A DNA stretch of 63,866 nt from Octopus bimaculoides (GCF_001194135.2 NC_068994.1:21050199-21114064); one strand, 5' to 3'. Shown: positions 25,332 to 37,799, counted from the stretch's first letter. A program made the numbers and translations. Notes: generated from the sequence alone by a model not told the origin.

Positions 25332-25663
25332 CAGGGATTCTCAACCACTTTTTATCTATGGACCTCTTTGATTACAATTTTATTCTGGTGAACCACCATA
25401 TCCATTCGATGTTTAAAATTAGCTTTACAGAAACTTCTTTCAAAATTTCTGTTTTGTTTTTCACACATTAACTTGTGTAGGCTGAACTATGTAAAATGTT
25501 AGAAAAAGAAACCTAGCTGTTTCTTGCAATACATACCAATACATACATCTAAAGCAAAATTTTTTCAGGGGCCCTTAAAATACAATTGTGGATCCCCAAT
25601 TTACTATTTTATGTGTGCCCCCCCCCCCCCAAATCTTATATGAACCCTGATAGAGATCCACTG
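25332..25663. mobile_element. hAT (Charlie-type) MITE, degraded
   Basis: Left end CAGGGATTCTCAACC, right end GATAGAGATCCACTG (CAG..CTG termini). The 8-bp TSD does not match cleanly. Confidence 0.45.
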
Positions 25664-25913
25664 CTTTAGATTAAACATATTACACTTCTTAATTCATCTG
25701 CCAAGAAAACCGATTCCATTTACTGTTAATGAACATCTGTAAGAATAGCATGATTTCTCCAATAATTTAGCGTAAATGGTAAAAGTTGGTAGAAAAATAT
25801 TCTGGTTGTAATAAACATAGAAAATGAATGCAAAACAATCAACATAACCTAGGGGTGATGCTTTGAGATACCAACAGATAATTATAACGAAATATTAGAA
25901 ACAGTAATCTTAC

Positions 25914-25971
25914 CTCTAGGTTGAGCAAAGTAATCTGCAGAAGGAATAATATCTCTAAAATTTGATTCATC
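25914..25971 (-). CDS. LMAN2: VIP36/VIPL-type lectin, exon 8
   Basis: CAG acceptor, GTAAGA donor. DESNFRDIIPSADYFAQPR(D), cf. VIP36 stalk IDWTKIEPSVNFLKSPKD. Confidence 0.93.
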
Positions 25972-26062
25972 CTGAGGAAGAAAAATGTTACAAATTAACA
26001 TTACAATGTCACTGATAAAGAAAATTAAATTTTGAAACACGAAATGTCAAGAAATTACTTAC

Positions 26063-26115
26063 CACTTCAGGAGACTCCAATTCATAAAATTTGACTGATA
26101 AGATATCATGATTAT
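26063..26115 (-). CDS. LMAN2: VIP36/VIPL-type lectin, exon 7
   Basis: CAG/GTAAGT. (D)NHDILSVKFYELESPEV. Confidence 0.95.
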
Positions 26116-27299
26116 CTGGAAAAAAATTTCAAAGGAGATATTAATTTTTGACAGAGCATGGGGGTTACTGTAAAAAGAGATTTAAACTCCTGACAAGCAC
26201 AAATCATTCTCCATTTTTGACTCACTATTAGAGCCATTTCACTTTCTTTATTAATACTGAGGAAAAACACAATTGTCATAGCACAATTTTGTTTTAACTA
26301 AAATACAGAACTTTGTACCCAGACAAAAGAAACCTATAAATATTTAGAGAGAATCAATACAATGCAGTGTGATCAGAATTTTAAAAAAAACAAAATTATC
26401 ATTATGGAGAGGAATGTGAAGTAGACTAATCCATTCCTTTTACTTCAATCACTATTAATTTTTATCACTGCAAATTGAATTAAACACTGTCACATTAGCA
26501 GACATATTTCAAAATAAAGCACACTACAAATGTGTTCCAAATGATATTCAAAATAACCATTACTATAGAAATATTGAATCTCTTATTTTGAACACAATTT
26601 GCCAAAATAGATGGGCAAAGGCATGTTGACAGGTAGATCTAATTTAAGAGATTTAAAAATAGTCAAGTAAAAGAAAGTATTGTAAAAGTATTTCTTTTTA
26701 ATTTAATCAGCAAAATTAATGTATCAAACCAAACATTGAAGAATAAATTTACTTATCAGACAACAGTAGCAATTAGTAATTGTGAAAAAATAAACAAAAT
26801 GTGCTTTTGATATGTTATCAGAATTTACTGTGAATAGACATGTAAGCCAAACAATTTATTAGCAATACAATAAAATTAAAATTAAATTGACCTCTACAAA
26901 CTATTTACATAGAAGAACCAATAGAGAAAGAATCAGGAAGCAATGGGTAAATTCACAAGAGTGTGAGAAGATGACAGAAGGTGACAGCTGGGAGTAGGAG
27001 TTTATGTAGAGAATGGTGAACAAGGCTGGAAGCATGACTGATGGTAAATCTGAGTTTGGTGGGGAATATGAAAGAGATAAAAGTGACCCAAGGAAATAAT
27101 GACAGTACAGAAAGGACTGAGACCAGCAGTATAATAAAACTGTAAACAGAGAAATACTGATGCAATGTGTTGGGTGGTGGGTAAAGGAGAAGTATAAAAG
27201 AAGAGGGTGAAAGACAGAAACATTCAATGATACAGATGGAAGACAGAGAGGCACATATAGTGAGTGACAAACAAAGCAGGAGGGTGCAATCAATGGCAG

Positions 27300-27832
27300 A
27301 TATGAAAGGGTGTTAAGAATGAGATATGGCAGTCTTTCCAAGCCTACCTCACTTTTCCACCATCATGTCACCTTCAGTTTGGATGGAACTTTGCACTGGT
27401 TAGATTAAGTCTGTAGCCCTCTGTAGGTTGTCTCGTCTGAACTGTCAATTGGCTTCTATGCTATACATCTCTACCTTCTCCTCTTTATCAAATGCTTCAA
27501 CTAGTACTTCTCTAAATTTCTTACTGTTCACTAATTCTTTAAGCTTCCACATCCTCCTCTTCCAGGTTGGTTTGTGACCGAGTCACAAACCACTAATCCA
27601 TGTTGGATTGTACATTCTTCACCAAGGTAGAACTTTACATTTATCTATCTATCCATCCATCCATCTGTCCATCCTGTTTTCTGGTGAAAATGCAATCAAT
27701 CCAGCTTATATGCCAACCAACCGGATAGACAATCAGGTAGCTGGTAAGTTTTCTGAAGTTTGTGCTGCAGATCATCAAGTCATTTGCATCACAGAACTCC
27801 ATCAGCCTTGAGCACTCATTCCTGTCGTTAGA
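27300..27832 (-). mobile_element. RTE LINE fragment (APE endonuclease C-terminal half + linker)
   Basis: RNECSRLMEFCDANDLMICSTNFRK..SYLI.Y...WIDCIFTRKQD..NVKFYLGEECTIQHGLVVCD. Confidence 0.85.
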
Positions 27833-28168
27833 CATTTACACACACATACACACACACAAAGAAATCAAAAGCTAAGAAAAAGAATGTTACACTCAAAAAG
27901 ATCTGTCTAGACTGAAGAATTGTGAACAGAATGATACATGGCGAAAAAGGTACAGCAAATCAACTGAGAAAAAACAATTAGTAAAACACAGTTGACTGAG
28001 AACTGAATATTTCAAGTCAATATCAAGATTTGTAAACTAACCTACCTTCATCAAACATACGAAGATAAATCACAGTGAATGTAATTTGGCAGGAGAAAAA
28101 AGTCATTTGTTACATCAGATCAATTATACAAACTGATAATTGTATAAATAAAATAGGAACAAACTTAC

Positions 28169-28283
28169 CTGCCAATTCCCCAGTGGCAGCTGATATTCCA
28201 ATATAATAACCTGTTGGTAAATGTACCCCATTTACTGTAAAGCATTCTTTCCAAACATTTTTGTTATCAATATCTATATATAC
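28169..28283 (-). CDS. LMAN2: VIP36/VIPL-type lectin, exon 6
   Basis: CAG/GTAAGT. VYIDIDNKNVWKECFTVNGVHLPTGYYIGISAATGELA(D). Confidence 0.96.
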
Positions 28284-29166
28284 CTGCAATGAAGAGGTGT
28301 TTGTTTAATGTTGATCAACTCAAGGTTTTACTCTCAAGTAAAACTGAATAATGAATATCAAATGTATTTTTAAAAACATTGAAAGAGAAACACCTAACAA
28401 GGTATGAAAGAGATTATTTTCACCAACATGGCATCTCCTAAACTCATTATTTCAATTACTGTAACTAATTAGCAAAGCAACGAGTTTGAAGAAACAAAAG
28501 AATGATTTACAGTGTACAAAATTTAGTTACATTCCTTTGAGTTCAAATACAACATGGATTAACCTGAAACTTCATCTTTCTGAGGTCAATAAATCCAATA
28601 GTAACACGACTAACTATAACTGCTTACCTACAAAAATTATCTTCAAGCCTTGTCAAAGACATCTGTTACTAACATTAAAATGAAAAAGTTGACAGAAATT
28701 ATAGAGTACAGATTTAAACTCTTTTATAGTATTTTAGTTTCCAATATTCACTATTTTAAACCCCACTGAAATAAACTTAGTCTTTCATCTTTTAGAGAAA
28801 GACATTGATAAATGAAGTACCTGTAATACCCTGAAATTCAATAGAAGTAATTTAGCCAAGAATAAAAAAATTGGTACTATACCTAGTCAAAAATATCATA
28901 CTATGGAAAAATCTCAGCTTTATTTTGCTGGATATGATGAAAAGTGTCAGCAGCTCACAGCCAGCAGACTTAGGTGACACTTGTTTACTGATCATGCTTT
29001 AAGAACCCTGCAGAGAACTCCTGAAGTTCCAACCAATGGTGATTTTTATAGATGTTCTATCTTTACATTTGTTCCAATCTTTTTTAGCCATATTGGTAGT
29101 TGGATATTGGCTACCAACATGGCTCAGAGAGATTGGAATGAATGTACAGATAGAACTACAAAAAAA

Positions 29167-30215
29167 TTATTATTATTATTCATTTAATGTCTGTTTTCCA
29201 TGCTGGCACAGGCTGAACAGTTTAACATGGAGCTAACCAGCTGGGAGCTGTCCAGGCTCCAGTTGTCTGTTGTTGTATGGTTTCTATGGCTGGATGCCCT
29301 TCCTAATGTCAACCACTTTACAGAGTGTGCTGGGTGCTTTTTACATGTTACTGGCATGGGTGCATTCTACATGGCACCGGCACCTGTACAGGACAAGCCT
29401 GTATGGATGGATGACAGTGATTTTACTTAGTATGACATGTCTTCTCAAGTATAAATCACCACATCTCCTGGTCCCTTGTCATTTCTTCAGTGAGACTCAG
29501 CATCTGATGATCCTTTCTCACCACTTCATCCAATATCTTCCTGGGTCTACCCCTTCCACAGGTTCCCTCCACAATTAGATCTCAGCACTTCTTTGTGCAG
29601 CTGTTCTCATCATGAAGGCACATGATTCAGTGGTCAGAGCATCGTTCACAATTATGAGGCAGTGAGTTCAATACCTAGACCCCGTTGTGTGTTGTGTTCT
29701 TGAGTAAGACACTTTATTTCACATTTCTCCAGTTCACTCAGATGTAGAAATGAGATGCAACGTCACTGGTGCTAAGTTGTATCAGCTTTTGCCTTCCCCT
29801 TGGATAACATCGGCAGTGTGGAGAGAGGAGGCTGATATGCATGGGAAACTGCTGGTTTTCTATGAATAACCTTGCCCAGACTTGTACCTCGGAGGGAACT
29901 TTCTAGGTGCAATCCATTGGTTATTCATGATTGAAAGGGGTTTTTACTCTGTCCCCATCAATACGCATCACATGACCAAACCAGCAATCTTCTCTCTGAT
30001 GCCTCATCTGATGCCTCCTATATCCAGTTTTCCTCTAAAATCACTTAGACGTCCTCCATACATGCTGACATTATCCATCCAGTAGAGCATGCTAGCTTCA
30101 TTTCTTTCAAGCTTTTGCAAGTCCTTTGTAGTCAAAGCTCATGTTTCACTGTCATGTATTATAGCTGTACATGCACAGGCATCATACAATTTTCACTTTC
30201 AGGGAGAGGCCTCTG
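29167..30215 (-). mobile_element. 5'-truncated RTE LINE 3' end, interrupted by a SINE
   Basis: LSLKVKLYDAC..TAIIHDSET...LERNEASML.WM... on one side of the SINE; SCTKKC*DLIVEGTCGRVDPGR..DEVVRKD + 3'UTR + (AAT)n tail on the other. Confidence 0.85.
29615..29945 (+). mobile_element. SINE type 3 (tRNA head + GTTCTTGAGTAAGACACTT...CAGTTCACTCAG core + own tail), nested in the RTE
   Basis: A-box TGATTCAGTGG, B-box GAGTTCAATACC. RTE sequence resumes on both sides, with CATC repeated at the junctions. Confidence 0.8.
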
Positions 30216-30312
30216 GCACAAAGCCAGCAATTTGGGGGGAGTGAGTAAGTCAATTACATCAACCCCAGTACTCAACTGGTACATCCCAAAAGGATGAAAG
30301 GCAAAGTAGACC
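30216..30312 (-). mobile_element. SINE type 1 fragment
   Basis: AGTCAATTACATCAACCCCAGTACTCAACTGGTAC..AAAGGATGAAAGGCAAAGT. Confidence 0.7.
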
Positions 30313-31920
30313 TATTATCATCATCAATTCTCTGGATCGATTGGTATCAACTAATCCCCTCCTCTCAGAACTGCTAGCCTTGTACCTAAATCAGAAACCG
30401 TCATTACTGTAGTTATTACTAGCACAGTTGCATAAGCAAATTCAATTTGCTTGTGTGACATTCCTAGCAACTGTCTTAATTCTCCCGAGGCTGTTCTTTA
30501 AGTATTTTTCTTAGATATTCTAGATTGTGGTCAGAGATGGATGATTTTTATTTCTAGTCTGTCAGCTAATTAAGTCACTTCAAGTATTAACATTCTCTAG
30601 TAATGTAAAACACAGTAAATACTAATGTTGATTCACTGAGATCATGCATTTGCTTCAGAAATCTCCTTCTCTCCACACTTGAACTATTTCAAATAGTTTA
30701 TTGACATTAAGATAGAGACATTTCTGTTTAATCCACTTTGAGTAGAAAGACATACTAAAGTTTTCCAGTTTTTCCCTTCAGCTTGCTTTATATTGCATGG
30801 CTACTTCCTCTGGGTTGAACAATTCTACCTCAGAATAACAACTGGTTAAATGTTGAAATAACTAAATTCATGAATGTACAGATATAGCTGAAAGTCATAA
30901 GGTTCATTGAAACCCATCAACAATTTATATACCACCTGAGTGCTACACTTTGCCTCAAAGACAAAGGCACTTCTACCTAGTGGAGCTTGACTTAGAATTA
31001 TTTTTACAATACTTGAAATTTAGGTTGCTAGAGTATCTTTGAAAGAGTGCTTTTGTGCCGTCTGCCCAAAACTATACAAGCTAAATTTATTACTATAAAA
31101 GAGATTAAGGAAATCAAAATGAGAAATCACACACTGATAACTCTTCTAACAGTAATTAACATAACAGCAATTGATCCAACTGGGTATCAGATGAAAGAAA
31201 CAACTCTTCTGAGATTACCTCCATTCAAAAGTTTTCATTTAGAAATTTTTTCTTCCTAATTTTGAATAATGAAATAATTTCAGAATGTTCTCAAATGAAA
31301 GAGCTCATCTGAAATCAAGAGCATATCTCAAAGAATTATTATAACAAATTATCATAGATGTAAATTTGTGAGCTTAGTAATGACACTGTAATCCAGACTA
31401 AAATTTGATCCCAAAATAAATTTGTCTAGAATCAGTGTCTGTAATAATACAGAAATTGAACTAAGAAACTGATCTTTAGTGGTTGTCATTTAGCAATTGC
31501 AATAACAAGCAGCCTGTTTGGCACAGCAAACTTCATTTGCTCAGCATAGCATTTGGCTCGATAATCTTACCTTTACCGTTGACATGTTGCCCCAAAATCT
31601 AACTCCTAAATTGTATAGTTGTTGTAGATTTGATTGCAATATTGAGCAAGTGTGCTGGCTTCAGACACTACCAGGCTGCCTTCGTATAGAGAGTGGGCAG
31701 TAAAACTCTCATAAAATATCCTAAGTGCACACTACTTTTCACACAAGTCCCAAAACTGAATGAAAAAGGGTATTATCTAGAATATAAAACAAACTGGTTA
31801 TACCTAATTATATCTGTCTACCAGAGATCTTTTTTAAGCTGAAGCTAAGTGGAATTAACAACAAAACAATAGCTACAGAATATTTTAGGAAACATAAAAA
31901 TAAAATTTTAAGTTACTTAC

Positions 31921-32082
31921 AAATAATATGCCATCAATATATCGTATAGAAATATGGGTGTCATGGTCTTTATTTCTAAACTGAGCTTCACAACCAGAAA
32001 GTTCTGTATGGGTGCCATCAGCATCGTGGTCATACGAAAGAGAGCCATTATTTACCATGGCTGATATATAGGGATGGGCATG
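31921..32082 (-). CDS. LMAN2: VIP36/VIPL-type lectin, exon 5
   Basis: CAG/GTAAGT. HAHPYISAMVNNGSLSYDHDADGTHTELSGCEAQFRNKDHDTHISIRYIDGILF; includes the NGS sequon. Confidence 0.97.
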
Positions 32083-32431
32083 CTGTTAATAGAATATACA
32101 GAATAAATTGATGTGTAGGTTTTTTTTCTTTTAAACTGTTCATTGCATAATAATAATTTGAGCATAAAAGATAAATAAAAAAAATCCAAACAAATTTTAG
32201 CTTCACATGTTTTTGATGTCAAAAATGTCAGCATTGTTCATCAGAAAATGACCAGAAAACATGTTTATAAAGAAGAGTTGTTTGCTTGATACTTCTCATG
32301 TGTCGATTCTGCCCATAAGAAAGGAACAAATAATACAAGGTGGCTGCAGGTCAGAACACTCGGGCAACACTTGGGTGCATTGCTAGTAAACCATAAATAC
32401 GTAGCTTCCTAGCTTTATACATTTGGCTACT

Positions 32432-32796
32432 TGGAGGCGCAATGGCCCAGTGGTTAGGGCAGCGGACTCGTGGTCATAGGATCGCGGTTTCGATTCCCAG
32501 ACCGGGCGTTGTGAGTGTTTATTGAGCGAAAACACCTAAAGCTCCACAAGGCTCCGGCAGGGGATGGTGGCGAACCCTGCTGTACTCTCTCACTCTTACT
32601 TCCTGTTTCTGTTGTGCCTGTAATTCAAAGGGTCAGCCTTGTCACACTGTGTCACGCTGAATATCCCTGAGAACTACGTTAAGGGTACATGTGTCTGTGG
32701 AGTGCTCAGCCACTTGCACGTTAATTTCATGAGCAGGCTGTTCCGTTGATCGGATCGACTGGAACCCTCGACATCATAAGCGACGGAGTGCCAACA
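32432..32796 (+). mobile_element. SINE type 4, full length and young, with a 13-bp TSD
   Basis: A-box TGGCCCAGTGG, B-box GGTTTCGATTCC, CpG-rich. TSD ACATTTGGCTACT at 32419-32431 and 32797-32809. Confidence 0.93.
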
Positions 32797-33641
32797 ACAT
32801 TTGGCTACTATTTTGCATTTTTCTTCTTTTAACAACAAATTACATCAAATATTTTCTTAAATATTCCTGGAATCAGTAGAAAGATTAAAATTTGCATAAA
32901 TTTATTTTTCCTAAATATTTTCTACACTTATAACAGAGTAAGGTGCAATATAAACTGACAAGTGTCATGCAGAACTAAAGTAAAAAAAGGGCTTTCATTA
33001 AGTAAATGCAATTAAAATGAAGGATTAACTACCCTAATATGTAGCTCAATGAAAGAAACTGTTCACTTAGCCAGAAGCAGGGAAATTAGAACAGATGGAA
33101 AAAAAACAAATAATGATTATTATAGTGAAGAAGATATAGCAACACATTGGGTAGAAGTTTAAAATAAAGTTTTCATGAAGGGTAACTAGGATTTTCTTCT
33201 AATTATGACCTATTTCGTCAGTCCTTAAAAATGTAGAGAAGTTATCTGAAATAAGTTTCACATTAATTTTTTTTAATGTTTTACTCTTACTATTATTTTT
33301 TTAACCAATTTTACTTTGGTTCTATCAAATCAGATATCACAAAATTCATGCAAAAGTCTAAATCAAAGTAGAATAGAAAATAAAATATACAAATAAAGAA
33401 ATTTTTATGCCAGTATAAAATAGTTTCTTATTTATTGATAGTGGTAGAATATAGAACTAAACAGAATTAGTGCTAAAACAAAGTCATAATACAGTGTCAG
33501 TCATTTTCACCATTCTATAGGAATAACATATTAATCAATGACAATAAATATGCTTTTCTAAATTCTAGTACTAAGCTGGGGAAATAAGAAAAAAAAGCTT
33601 AAGTCAAGTGTTTTAGAATATAGAAAAATCTTAATTCTTAC

Positions 33642-33724
33642 ATTATGTGGTCCATTATGGTTGCTATAAGTATCAAGAAAAATTGCTAGCCCAGAGAAAA
33701 AATCACGGTTTCCAAATACAGGAC
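33642..33724 (-). CDS. LMAN2: VIP36/VIPL-type lectin, exon 4
   Basis: TAG/GTAAGA. (G)PVFGNRDFFSGLAIFLDTYSNHNGPHN; Ca2+-binding D-x-Y-x-N motif. Confidence 0.97.
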
Positions 33725-34387
33725 CTAAATGAAAGAGAAAAGAAACAAAAATTCAGAAGAAACATTAATACCTAGTTACAATTTTAAACCTTTTAAAACC
33801 TCTACTTCAATATCTTTTCTTCCCAATATTCCTAAAAATATTATCAAGGAAATCTAAGATTTTTTTTCTAAGAGGCAGTAACATAAATGATGCCATTCCA
33901 TCAAATTAGGAGATATCTCAAATTCAACACCAATGTATTTTAATTAATTAAGCTCATATAATACTTCAATCAAATCTTCTACATTTCCATATACACTTTA
34001 ATTCCAACTTCTCTTCAACCCAGCCTTCTTTATTTCCTCCTAGAATGGCTCAAGGTATCTGTTAAACACATCTGGTCAGGCAATCACTCAAACTCTACCT
34101 AATCAGCTGATTGGTCCTAAACTTGCTGTAAACAAACTCTCAAATGACTGAAACTGATCTCTTTACACAAAATGTCCCATATACACGCACACATAATTAT
34201 ATTGGGACAGTACTATTCATAGACAAACCCAAATTATAGTGGATACAAATCAGAAATACATCAGAGATATAAATGGCAGGCTATCAAGAGATGTTTCTGT
34301 AATAGACGAGCATCTAATCTAAAACTAAAAAATTAATGCTTCATCTGTTAAAGATTAGAGTCTGCAAAAACATTACCAGTTGTTTCA

Positions 34388-34390
<3 letters not shown>

Positions 34391-34419
<29 letters not shown>
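34391..34419. repeat. Poly(T)29 tract
   Basis: Seen directly. Confidence 0.95.
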
Positions 34420-34422
<3 letters not shown>

Positions 34423-34441
34423 GTAACTTTTACTATATTAA

Positions 34442-34886
34442 CCCTTCATGGACCAGCAGGGTTGGAATTACACAAAAGGCTATTGGGATCCTGAGGGACC
34501 CTCTTTTATTTTTGTGCATTTCTGCACTATCCATAAATTATTGGCATTTAATGGAAGGGAATTAAAACAATTTATTGGCTGAAAAAACCTTTATTGAAAG
34601 AAATCATTTTTTATAGTTTTGACCTATAGTTCATCAGAATATCTGAAAAAAGAACAGAAAAAATAATTTCACAGAAGGCTAATGGGGTCCAGTTGGACCC
34701 CAATGACCATATTTTGTGCTATAACATCCATGACTGGAAATTTTAAACTCAAAATGTGTATGTGCATCCATAAACTATTGACAATAAAAGTCATGAGATA
34801 TAAAATCATTTAAATAAAAAATGTAAAAGTTGCGTAACTTTTAAAATGAGCTGAGGTCCCAAGGGACCCCACCAGCCCACAAAGGG
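34442..34886. mobile_element. piggyBac-like TTAA MITE, family B
   Basis: TTAA|CCCTTCATGGACCAGCAGGG ... CCCCACCAGCCCACAAAGGG|TTAA; TIR differences are transitions. Three internal GGGTCC-N-GGACCC-like palindromes. Confidence 0.8.
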
Positions 34887-35430
34887 TTAAACATAGTATA
34901 ATGAGCTAAATGACTTTGCAATTTAAGATACTAATATATGCAAGTGGGATCTTGTTTTATTCAGTAACAGTTGTCAATTATGATAATTTGATAAATGATG
35001 ATGTTGATGATAGAAAATAAAATTTAAAAAAAGAAAATGATATAAAACAAAATGAATTTTTATTGGTTAAAACAAAATCAGTTAATGTTAATGGCCAACT
35101 TATAACACTAAAACAACTCTATTACTTATTAGAAATATAATTCTTTACTACAGCTAATAATTAGAGGTATAATTAAATAATTAATAAGACGAAATACAGT
35201 AAGTCTACTGAAACATATGTATATATAAATTTATCTTGTATTAGGAGGATATAAAATTTAAAACAAAAGTTTTAACAGCTTTCTAGTGTTTTCAGTGCAT
35301 ACAATGATGATGGCTTTTTTTCAGAATTGTCTCCATAAATGTAGCATCCTATATGGGTCTTGACAGCTACAGCTTTTTCATAAACACATAAGAGTAGCTA
35401 GCAGCTGTAAATATTGAAGCTCGATCTTAA

Positions 35431-35651
35431 CCCTTTAGCATTCACATTATTCTGCCAAATGTAATGTTTATTTATTCACATTGATTTGAATTAATCATGC
35501 ATTATCTTGTAGCTTTGAGATTTCAATGAGGTGATTGTATATTTTTACAATGACATTCTTAGGTAGGTATGAAAGGCCAGATCTGGCCACTTTGAACATA
35601 AAACAGGGAGAAAATTTTCAGCTGGATATGGCTGGTTTAAATGTTAAAGGG
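35431..35651. mobile_element. piggyBac-like TTAA MITE, family A
   Basis: TTAA|CCCTTTAGCATT ... AATGTTAAAGGG|TTAA, 221 bp. Second copy at 1850-2066. Confidence 0.88.
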
Positions 35652-37040
35652 TTAAATACAAGTGTAACAATATTTTGTTTATATAGGTTTTTAGAACAGA
35701 TGCTTTCTTTCTAGATAAGGTAATCTCTTCCTTCCTATTACAATGTATTCAACTCATGATACAAACTTCTTACAAAAGGAATAAATATCTCAAGCAATGA
35801 ATATGAAAACTGAAATGTTGGAATAAGCTGCAGCATTGAGGCACCCACTTGGGAAATGTAAACATAAAACTGTCTCAAACCACTATATTACACTGTATTG
35901 TATTTAACTCCAATATCAATACACTTGAAACCACCCCTAATACAATGATGCAAAAACTTCCTATTTCAAAGAATTCATGTTTAAATTTGAACTTTCATCA
36001 TAATTTTGAATTAAGAACTTTTAGCTATGGTTCCAAACACTAGCTTAATAAGAAGTTGTATTTTTTTTTACAAAATCTCTCTAAATTCCAAAATATTTTC
36101 AAAATTAATCGGAAAACCGCAAGTTTCATTAAAAATAGGGTTGTGAAAGGATCAAATTTTAAAAAAAGCATTACAGTTCCGTTACACTTTAGTATGTAAT
36201 CTCTCTCCCACTTAACTATAAAAATGTTTACAACAGCAGCAGACATTGAATTAGTTTCAATATGATAAATATTAAAAGTTTTATAACAGCCAAACCTGAG
36301 TTTCAGAAGAGGAGTAGGGCAGAATCAATAATAAAATGTTATTTCCCTAACAGCTGCAGCTGTTCATGGAATAAAGTAAACAAATCAAATAGAAGGTAAT
36401 TTCTTTTCAGTTTATTCGTTTCATTATTAATAACAAACCACCTGATCCCAGCTTTCTATTAACATGGAGGTGTTAATACAGCTGCTGCCAAAAGGTGATG
36501 TGTGAGAGTTCACATATGCATATCTACACACGCAAGTGTCTAAGTTACCTATCATTCAGGCCAGCAATTTAGTGAAAACTATTTAAGCTGGTAACACTTT
36601 GTGGACAAGCCTTTAGGGAGCAACCTACTAGAAATAACAGCTAATTTTCACTCAAATCATCTATTACCATCTTAAAGGAAGAACATAATGGAAAATGTGG
36701 TTTCCAGTACAGAAAAAGATGGGAAATGCAGGAAGATGAAAAAGAAGTGAGACAGCTGAGTGAATTAGTTTCAGACTACCAACTTAGTCAGTTCACATAT
36801 TTCATGGTCTCTATGTGAAACAATTCTATGTCACCTCAGTTTATTTAGATGAGGAACAGATAGATCTATGAAAATTACCCAATAAGAGACTAGCATTTCT
36901 CTCATGACTGATCTTTACTTAGTATTTCAGAAACCTATCAACAATTGTGCCTTGTGAAAGGTTTAATATAAAAGAAAAGGAATGAGTGTTGATATTTCCC
37001 ATAAAATCTTCTTTCATTAAAAACTTAGCAAAATTATGAA

Positions 37041-37229
37041 GATTGATTTCAAATTTTGGCACAAGACCAGCAACTTCAGGGAAAGGGGTAAGTCGATTAC
37101 ATCGAACCCAGTACACAATTGGTACTTCTTTTATTGACTTGGGCAGAATTTGAACTCAGAATGTAAAGTCGTGAAATGCCGCTAAGCATTTTGCCCATTG
37201 TGCTTACAATCCTGCCAGCTCACTGCCTT
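37041..37229 (-). mobile_element. SINE type 1
   Basis: Reverse complement of the 17407 family. Confidence 0.85.
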
Positions 37230-37509
37230 AACAAAACAATAAATATTGCCAACCTAAATAGTAACAATAATAAAATGCTAATTTCAATGAAATACATATT
37301 TTAAGCTATTATTTGGAAAGTTGAGTTATTTAATGTAGCAATTGACTGCAGCCCAGTCAAGGTCAACTATGTCACCTTATCTATGGTTCAAATGTGTTAT
37401 TTGGCAAACCTGTCAAACATTTATGTCAACTATTGATAAACATTCACCAAAATACTATTTCAGTTTCATTTCAAAAGGTGAAAGTAAAATATTGAACAAC
37501 AAAGGTATG

Positions 37510-37630
37510 AATATGTAGTTAGAAAAAAATCCACCTCACTACCATGTAGTTTCAGGTTCAATCCCACTGCACAACACCTTGGTCAAGTGTCTTCTCCCAG
37601 ATAGAAAGTGTGCAGAAGCCCATTGTGCAG
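37510..37630 (+). mobile_element. SINE type 2, internally deleted
   Basis: TTTCAGGTTCAATCCCACTGCACAACACCTTGGTCAAGTGTCTTCT. Confidence 0.65.
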
Positions 37631-37799
37631 GTGTATAGAAATATCTGGAAATGCTTGGACACTAGGACAGAACATAGATACATATACATGGCTTTGCATC
37701 AAAGTAACACTACCCACTAATGTGGAGACTTTATGTCAGTTTTTCCATGCTAGCTTGGATTAGACATACATACATACATTATATGTATGTATGTATGTC

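Noticed and set aside
26901-27341. Overlapping 146/105/73-aa minus-strand ORFs
   Set aside because: Products of a GA-biased low-complexity stretch next to an RTE fragment.
32432-32510. tRNA gene
   Set aside because: tRNA-like head of a SINE with body, tail and TSD; the same applies to the other A/B-box hits. No bona fide tRNA seen.
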